NCBI GenBank assembly: GCA_023143685.1 | Contig: JAGLHE010000055.1 | Coordinates: forward strand, 14,984 to 78,983 | Source of the DNA: Candidatus Omnitrophota bacterium | Lineage (GTDB): Bacteria; Omnitrophota; Gorgyraeia; Zapsychrales; JANLHA01 | Length of the DNA stretch: 64,000 nucleotides | Direction: 5' to 3' | Shown: positions 58,568 to 64,000 of the stretch, one piece after another | Layout: each line of letters starts with the position of its first letter | Numbering within the stretch: the first letter of the stretch is position 1 | The notes under the pieces: model-generated | What the model saw: the letters and a program-made list of their open reading frames with translations, nothing else | Databases searched by the model: none | Told to the model about the DNA's origin: nothing | Made by a program: the position numbers and the translations under genes

Positions 58568-58721
58568 CTATTACCCAAGGCACTCAACAAATTACATATA
58601 AATTATTAAATAACAACGACTTACGGTAAAACAAAAAATGGGCTATTCAGCCCAAAAACCTCAAGTGTCCAACCTTAAGAAAAACTTATCTTGTCTCACT
58701 TACCGCCAACTATCCTAATTC

Positions 58722-59243
58722 TTAAAAATCTCCAGACTTTCCCGCTCCGCCAAAATTCCCCCCACCGAACGGTGTCACCCCAAACGGACTTACTCCATAT
58801 CCAGCCGCACCTGAACGTGGAACGACTTTAAGTTCTTGTTGCATTTCTATTATCCCTCGCCGCAATCTTTCCTTCTCCTCTTCACTTAAATCTAAATTCT
58901 TCAATCTTTGCTGTTGTTTTTCTTTCGCATCCTCAATATCTTTGTATTCTTTATTTACTAACTCAAGAAACGACATCCATTTCTCTCTTAATTTCTCATC
59001 TTCTGTCACTGCAATAAAATATCTTGCTAAATTACGTCGTGTAGCAACATTTGAGCTCAAAGCGTATTCGACATATCGACCAAACTCAGCCATTTTCTGC
59101 AACTCTAATCTTTGCTGTTGTATATCATTACTAATACTATTACCAGCATACGCGACTATTATCGCACAAATGATAGCACTTACAAATTTTAACCAATGCC
59201 CCAACCTCTCATCACTCCCGGGAAAACTGAAACCCATAATCAT
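58722..59243 (-). CDS. Hypothetical membrane-anchored coiled-coil protein with Gly-rich C-terminus
   Basis: One TM, QQQRL coiled coil, GGGNFGGAGKSG tail. Confidence 0.35.
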   Translation of the reverse strand: MIMGFSFPGSDERLGHWLKFVSAIICAIIVAYAGNSISNDIQQQRLELQKMAEFGRYVEYALSSNVATRRNLARYFIAVTEDEKLREKWMSFLELVNKEYKDIEDAKEKQQQRLKNLDLSEEEKERLRRGIIEMQQELKVVPRSGAAGYGVSPFGVTPFGGGNFGGAGKSGDF

Positions 59244-59263
59244 ATTCCTTAAAAATAAAAAAA

Positions 59264-59337
59264 CGCGCCCAGGACGATTCGAACGTCCGACCCTCGCCTT
59301 AGAAGGGCGATGCTCTATCCAGCTGAGCTATGGGCGC
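59264..59337 (-). tRNA. tRNA-Arg (anticodon TCT)
   Basis: Acceptor GCGCCCA/TGGGCGC, D-arm GCTC-AGCTGGATA-GAGC, anticodon arm TCGCC-CTTCTAA-GGCGA, T-arm GGACG-TTCGAAT-CGTCC; T-tract follows. Confidence 0.9.
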
Positions 59338-59404
59338 ATATCTCACAAATTTTAATTATATAGTTATAACAAAATAAAATAATTATGTAAACCACCAAAC
59401 AATT

Positions 59405-59713
59405 TTAGCTTTCTAATACTGCATCAATCTTATCTACCATCCTTTTAGTCATATCCATCACCCGTTTATAAATATCCTCCATATTCTGAGAAATCACACA
59501 ACTATTCGCACTCATAGAAGAAGCATCAAAAGCCAGACGATGAAAATACATTCCATTTTCAATTTCTTCATTGAGCACTTTTACTTTAAATTTAATATCA
59601 ATTATATCTTTTTGAAATTTTGAATTAAAAAGAGATAGTTTATCTAAAACAAACCCCTCTGAAAACAATTGACATTTCTTCAAACTAAGCCCAGCATCTT
59701 TCTTTGCCTTCAT
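59405..59713 (-). CDS. Hypothetical protein
   Basis: 102-aa ORF. Confidence 0.3.
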   Translation of the reverse strand: MKAKKDAGLSLKKCQLFSEGFVLDKLSLFNSKFQKDIIDIKFKVKVLNEEIENGMYFHRLAFDASSMSANSCVISQNMEDIYKRVMDMTKRMVDKIDAVLES

Positions 59714-60229
59714 TTACTGAGCTACCGCTTGAAATTCTTCACCTGTTACATCTTTTAATTCAGAAAATATTAACAACTTAGCATCTCTTTTTTTATACCA
59801 TCTACCATTATGCCAAAATATTATTTGACCCAAAATCCCAGACAACCAACCACAAGATATATAACATTAATTTTATCCATAAATTCCCTCACTGTGTACG
59901 GCGGCATTTTATCATATTAGTTTTAATATTACTAATATAAATAAAGGGCACCTGCCTTAGCACATAACTATAAGGCAGATGCTCTTTTTGAAATAAAAAT
60001 CCACAGCAGAGTTGAAATACATTATATATCAAACAGTTGCGAGATTTAACTCTTTGGTAACCCAGGGTACTTTTTCCTCTGGTGTCCATATAATGTCCAT
60101 TTTCGGGATGACACTGTTTTCTTCAAACATCAAGAACCTTTCTTTTTAAATTGGCTAAAATTAAACACGAAAGAAAACGCTTTCTTGCCCAGTGAAAAAA
60201 CTCTTGATTTCCAGAACATTTCTTTCTAT

Positions 60230-60360
60230 ACTTGAAGTAAGCATTAATTGGCAAACCCTGCGTAAGCAGGGGACGCTTAAGCCACGGATCCGATTCGTAT
60301 TACACGCTTTACCCCTACCTTCACAGAAATTCATCAGGGGCCGGATAGCCGGGTTATTAA
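60230..60360 (+). ncRNA. Candidate c-di-GMP-I (GEMM) riboswitch in the 5' leader of the receiver gene
   Basis: GGCAAACC + GNRA hairpin (CCCTGC-GUAA-GCAGGG) + GGACGCUUAAGCCACGG, matching the GEMM-I conserved core GGCAAACC..GGACGCAAAGCCACGG; a downstream CCCCGGAUUUUUU terminator-like stretch precedes the SD. Confidence 0.4.
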
Positions 60361-60423
60361 ACAATCTTTAAAGAAAAGATTTTTTAATTCCCCGGATTTT
60401 TTATTGCCGAGGGAAAACCCGAC

Positions 60424-60834
60424 ATGCAAAAGAGGCCTTTTATGGAGAAGTCAAAAATCTCAGTTCTTATAATTGATGACGAAGAAGAACCTCGAGAGCT
60501 TCTCAAAAAATACATTGAGCGCCACGGCTACTCTGCTTTCACAGCAGATAATGGCTTAGCCGGGATTGAAATGCTCACCCGGCATGAAATAGGAATTGTC
60601 TTTTGCGATATTGTAATGCCAAAGATGGATGGCATTGAATTCTTGCGAGAAGTTCAAAAAAACAAATGGCAAGTTAAGGTCATCATGATCACAGGGAACC
60701 CTACGGTCGAAAACTGCCTGGACTCCTACAAAAACGACGCCTGTCACTATCTCTTAAAACCCACTCATCGTGAAGAAATCTTGCAGTGCCTAAAGAAAGC
60801 AGAAGTAAGTATTCAAGAAAACGACTGGGCCTAA
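60424..60834 (+). CDS. Single-domain response regulator (receiver)
   Basis: VLIIDDEEEP, conserved D in VFCDIVMPKMDG, LLKP motif; 136 aa. Confidence 0.8.
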   Translation: MQKRPFMEKSKISVLIIDDEEEPRELLKKYIERHGYSAFTADNGLAGIEMLTRHEIGIVFCDIVMPKMDGIEFLREVQKNKWQVKVIMITGNPTVENCLDSYKNDACHYLLKPTHREEILQCLKKAEVSIQENDWA

Positions 60835-60916
60835 ACACTCAAAAATATCTTGCGAAAATTTATTTAAAAACTTAAGGTTCTTTCTCTGCCTACTGGAACA
60901 AACTTTCATCTTCGCC

Positions 60917-61903
60917 CTACTTCAACTTTTCTGATATTTCATAAAGCACACCCTCAGCAATCTTGGGTTTAGGGATCATCATCTTCCGGGCAGAAACCGT
61001 TACCTTGGTTTTATTCTTTTCTTGTTCAATAATATTAATCGCGACATCACTTCCATTAACCTTTGCCTTAATAAGCCCTTTTGCCTCATTCACTGATTTA
61101 ATTTTCCCCAGCTCGGCGACAATCTGCTTGCTAACACTAAAAACTTCGCTTAATCCAACATCAAATTCAGCCGTTCCTCTGTCCTTGGCAATCAAAACAC
61201 CGACCACCCCTGCAGGTAAAAACCCAACCCCTAAAATAGCTGTTGCTGCATATATCTTTGCCCCTTTAAGAACAGCCGGGCCTGCTGTCTCAACCAGAAG
61301 AATCCTCGCAAGCTGTGCAGCGCTTTTGATATCCTTATATGTTTTATCTTTATCGATATTCATAACCGAAACAACCGGCTGATCCCCTTTACTGTAATCC
61401 TTTTGAACAAGCTTGCCTATTTTAAGAGTCATCACATCGATCTGCATAGCCGTCTCTTTTGATGTCTTCTTCTCTTTCTTCTCCTGTGAGACATCTTTCG
61501 GCTCTTCGACCTCTTCTTCCTTTTCAGCAATTTTAAGAGCATCCAGATTCAAGGCCCCTTCTGTGTTCCTGACAAGAACCATCTCTTTTAAATCAAAAAC
61601 AATTAACGGGAGGTGTATCTTCCCTTTCAACAACGCAAGGACGTTACATTTTATATTTATCTCCGGAATATCAATCAGAACCCCTTCAGGAAAACCCTCG
61701 GGTTGGTACATTTTAAAATCTTTGATATAAATCTTCTGAGTTAAAATTCCTAAATGAAATTTCCCGATTTTTACAGGCGTGCCTAAAACTTGCTTCGCGC
61801 CAACCGTAACCGCTGTTTTGATTAAAACATCTTTAATAACACCAAGCGCGAAAACACAAACAACAACAACCACTAAAACCTTCAGCCATTTTTTATTTTT
61901 CAT
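60917..61903 (-). CDS. Hypothetical membrane-anchored protein (AsmA/DUF748-like N-terminus)
   Basis: N-terminal TM, Lys/Glu-rich central linker. Confidence 0.3.
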   Translation of the reverse strand: MKNKKWLKVLVVVVVCVFALGVIKDVLIKTAVTVGAKQVLGTPVKIGKFHLGILTQKIYIKDFKMYQPEGFPEGVLIDIPEINIKCNVLALLKGKIHLPLIVFDLKEMVLVRNTEGALNLDALKIAEKEEEVEEPKDVSQEKKEKKTSKETAMQIDVMTLKIGKLVQKDYSKGDQPVVSVMNIDKDKTYKDIKSAAQLARILLVETAGPAVLKGAKIYAATAILGVGFLPAGVVGVLIAKDRGTAEFDVGLSEVFSVSKQIVAELGKIKSVNEAKGLIKAKVNGSDVAINIIEQEKNKTKVTVSARKMMIPKPKIAEGVLYEISEKLK

Positions 61904-62640
61904 AAAGACACTCCTTTCTTTTCAAGAAGATAGTCATACTTTATATTTTCTAAACTGTGAATGATATTCTTTTTCACAGCTGAATTTTCTTTCTCAAGCT
62001 GCGCCAAAAGATCTTTCATAGCTCGTCTTTTCGATGTTTCATCATTCGGACATTTAAAAGGGCTGATATCCAAAAAATCACCTTCATGGGCTAAAGCCTC
62101 TACATCTTCTTCCTTAATATATGCCAACGGCCGAATAATCGCAAGTTTTCCATCAAACAACTCTTGTTTGGGGCACATCGAGCCTATTTCTCCCCGATAA
62201 AACATATTCAATAAAATAGTCTCAACGATATCATCCATATGATGGCCCAAGGCAATCTTATTACATCCCATCTTATCTGCCAATTCAAAAAGTACCTTGC
62301 GTCGCTCACGCGAACATTGGTAACAATCAATTGTCTCCCAGGTTTTTCCCTTTAACAAATCCGCCTTTTCAATATGATAGGCAACTCCCCATTCTTTAAA
62401 ATATCCTATCATTTGTTCCATCGGAAAATCCGGCATCCCCGCGTCCACATGTACCGCAACAATCTCGAGGCCCACCGGTATAAAACTCTGCCGGTATTGC
62501 ATCACTTGCAACAAAGACAGGCTATCCTTTCCCCCTGAGACTGCGACCATTATCTTGTCGCCATCCTGCATCATATCGTAATCTGCAATCGCATTCCCGA
62601 CACGTTTGCTGATAAAATTCATTTGTTGAGTAACCGCCAT
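61900..62640 (-). CDS. ttcA: TtcA-family PP-loop ATPase (tRNA 2-thiocytidine biosynthesis-like)
   Basis: PP-loop SGGKDS, CYQCSRERR and CNKIALGHHMDD motifs. Confidence 0.75.
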   Translation of the reverse strand: MAVTQQMNFISKRVGNAIADYDMMQDGDKIMVAVSGGKDSLSLLQVMQYRQSFIPVGLEIVAVHVDAGMPDFPMEQMIGYFKEWGVAYHIEKADLLKGKTWETIDCYQCSRERRKVLFELADKMGCNKIALGHHMDDIVETILLNMFYRGEIGSMCPKQELFDGKLAIIRPLAYIKEEDVEALAHEGDFLDISPFKCPNDETSKRRAMKDLLAQLEKENSAVKKNIIHSLENIKYDYLLEKKGVSL

Positions 62641-62692
62641 GATTTCTCCTACAAGAAAGTTCGCCTTTTATCTTTGACCGGGTCACATCTTC

Positions 62693-62745
62693 TATGCGGC
62701 CGTGCCGGAATTTCGTTTGGGTTTTTTGAAATTCCTATACTACAA
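62693..62745. repeat. Dispersed repeat family, copy 5 (partial)
   Basis: ccggaatttcgtttgggttttttgaaattcctatac. Confidence 0.65.
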
Positions 62746-63717
62746 GACAACCTTCCGTCTTTTCCCGTTAATAATCATAATTCGCGGACATGGATAAAAA
62801 TAAAACCCCTGATCCTTTTGTATCTCTGAGAAAACATCCGCTTGCTTTTCTTTGGGGAATTTATCTGCTTTGATTCTGCTCTGCCGCGCCAACGCCTTAA
62901 ATCCTGATTTCTCAGCCGACAAACTAAAATACAGATAAGATTCATAAGGGGTGAACCCTGCCTTAGCGCTCTTATTTAAATACGTCATCGCCTCTTGATA
63001 TTTTTTCATTTCATATGCTCTTTTTCCCACATAATAATAAAAAAACCTTTTATCTCCCGGAGATTTTTTTATACCGACCAATGCGGCATCCCGCGCACCA
63101 CTAAGATCTCCCATATGATGAATCCCTAAAACAATCAACTCGAAGGCTTTTTGATAGCCCGAACGTAATTCTTTTTTGTTTTGCTGCATATTGTCGGCAT
63201 CTAAATCTGGCCTCAAACCAAAAGGCCCCACAGCACCGGCAATAAGTGTTTTGTGCGTTGAAGATTCAACCGCCTCCCGAAAGGCTTCCACAGCTTCCGC
63301 CCATTCCTGACGCTGATAATGCATCAAACCAAGATTATAAAAAACCCCAAAAAACCCGGCATCAAAACTCGCGGCTTTTTTATAATACTGCAACGCCATA
63401 TCTTTTTTGCCAAGATGATAATAACAAAAAGCTAACGCATTATACGCTGTGGCTGAATCAGGATAAAGCTTTATAAGATTCCTATAATATCTAACGCCAT
63501 GCCTAAAATTCTTATCATTTACCTCTTCCTCGCCCAGGGCATATTCCACCAAATAAGGAGGGATGCGTTGTAAAAAATCTAATGTTTTTTTAATAACTCG
63601 CTGGTGGTCGACTCCATATAATAAAGTTAAAGCCACAATAATATAAATCGTGATACACCGATTGCGAATCGATTTCACTCCCTTCGCAAAATTCCCCACC
63701 ACATCCACATCCTTCAC
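62740..63717 (-). CDS. TPR-repeat protein
   Basis: Multiple 34-aa TPR-like units (AxxAxxYxxLG, YYxxA); signal/TM at the N-terminus. Confidence 0.6.
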   Translation of the reverse strand: MKDVDVVGNFAKGVKSIRNRCITIYIIVALTLLYGVDHQRVIKKTLDFLQRIPPYLVEYALGEEEVNDKNFRHGVRYYRNLIKLYPDSATAYNALAFCYYHLGKKDMALQYYKKAASFDAGFFGVFYNLGLMHYQRQEWAEAVEAFREAVESSTHKTLIAGAVGPFGLRPDLDADNMQQNKKELRSGYQKAFELIVLGIHHMGDLSGARDAALVGIKKSPGDKRFFYYYVGKRAYEMKKYQEAMTYLNKSAKAGFTPYESYLYFSLSAEKSGFKALARQSRIKADKFPKEKQADVFSEIQKDQGFYFYPCPRIMIINGKRRKVVL

Positions 63718-63911
63718 TTTTCGCCCCTTTGTTTCCAGAAAGAATATAAGACATAAACCAGAAATACCAGAAAATATATCTCTAAAAAGATCTGAAAACT
63801 ATGCCACGCGTTTGACCGATACCGCATCAAAACAACATTCTCACCTGCCGGCAACCATAATCCTTTAAATGCGATATTTGCCCTATAAATTTTTGTCGGC
63901 TCATTGTTCAC
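63714..63911 (-). CDS. Small hypothetical membrane protein
   Basis: 65 aa with a C-terminal hydrophobic helix; overlaps the TPR gene start. Confidence 0.25.
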   Translation of the reverse strand: MNNEPTKIYRANIAFKGLWLPAGENVVLMRYRSNAWHSFQIFLEIYFLVFLVYVLYSFWKQRGEK

Positions 63912-64000
63912 CCATGCCTGCCACCCGCTATGATAACTGTCATTGTATACAAGGAATTTTCGTGTTTTATAATATGTCTTATATCGAATAAAATTTAAAT

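Noticed and set aside
60161-60364. 67-aa minus-strand ORF
   Set aside because: It overlaps the GC-rich hairpins of the candidate riboswitch leader and has no SD or motif. Interpreting the region as structured RNA on the + strand fits better.

Overview
This is a low-GC bacterial chromosomal window, almost entirely coding, with most genes on the minus strand. It appears to come from a signal-transduction-rich, probably diderm, organism; the taxon cannot be set from sequence alone.

Content, 5' to 3':
- c-di-GMP and two-component genes: an HD-GYP/GAF phosphodiesterase, a receiver, and a 7TM-GAF histidine kinase.
- A small lipid-type cluster: FabZ-like dehydratase, KAS II-like synthase, CrtI-like FAD oxidoreductase, and a methyltransferase-like protein.
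- A housekeeping block: greA, ybaB, yggT, mscS, lipA, def, panD, trxA.
- A type IV pilus cluster, read in minus-strand gene order: PilB, PilC, major pilin, three minor pilins, fused PilM-PilN, PilO, PilP-like.
- Upstream of that cluster: a receiver, a PAS-histidine kinase with a C-terminal PilZ domain, a large multi-domain hybrid kinase that is split by stop codons, and a PhnD-like binding protein.
- An IS30-family transposase remnant, then a GT4 glycosyltransferase and a GH65 phosphorylase.
- A nucleotidyltransferase-TPM-LemA operon and a GldAFG-like ABC transporter.
- An accessory island (about 45.7-59.3 kb) next to tRNA-His and tRNA-Arg.

The island carries Fic, NYN, a truncated kinase fragment, HigBA, a HEPN-like protein, two diverged ParB-like HTH genes, a DUF4238-like gene, and an AbiEi/AbiEii-like pair. 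A 21-bp direct repeat of the tRNA-His 3' end and a duplicated tRNA-Arg 3' half delimit apparent integrated elements. No integrase is visible.

Structure not explained by the CDS calls:
- A five-copy, roughly 90-bp dispersed repeat with an FRT-like 13-bp inverted repeat.
- A two-copy 5'-leader repeat upstream of the HD-GYP and receiver genes.
- A three-copy repeat at the 3' ends of consecutive island genes.
- A degenerate tandem repeat array near 49.3 kb.
- A candidate c-di-GMP-I (GEMM) riboswitch upstream of a receiver gene near 60.25 kb.

All calls rest on reading the sequence and ORF translations for motifs. No database search was run.
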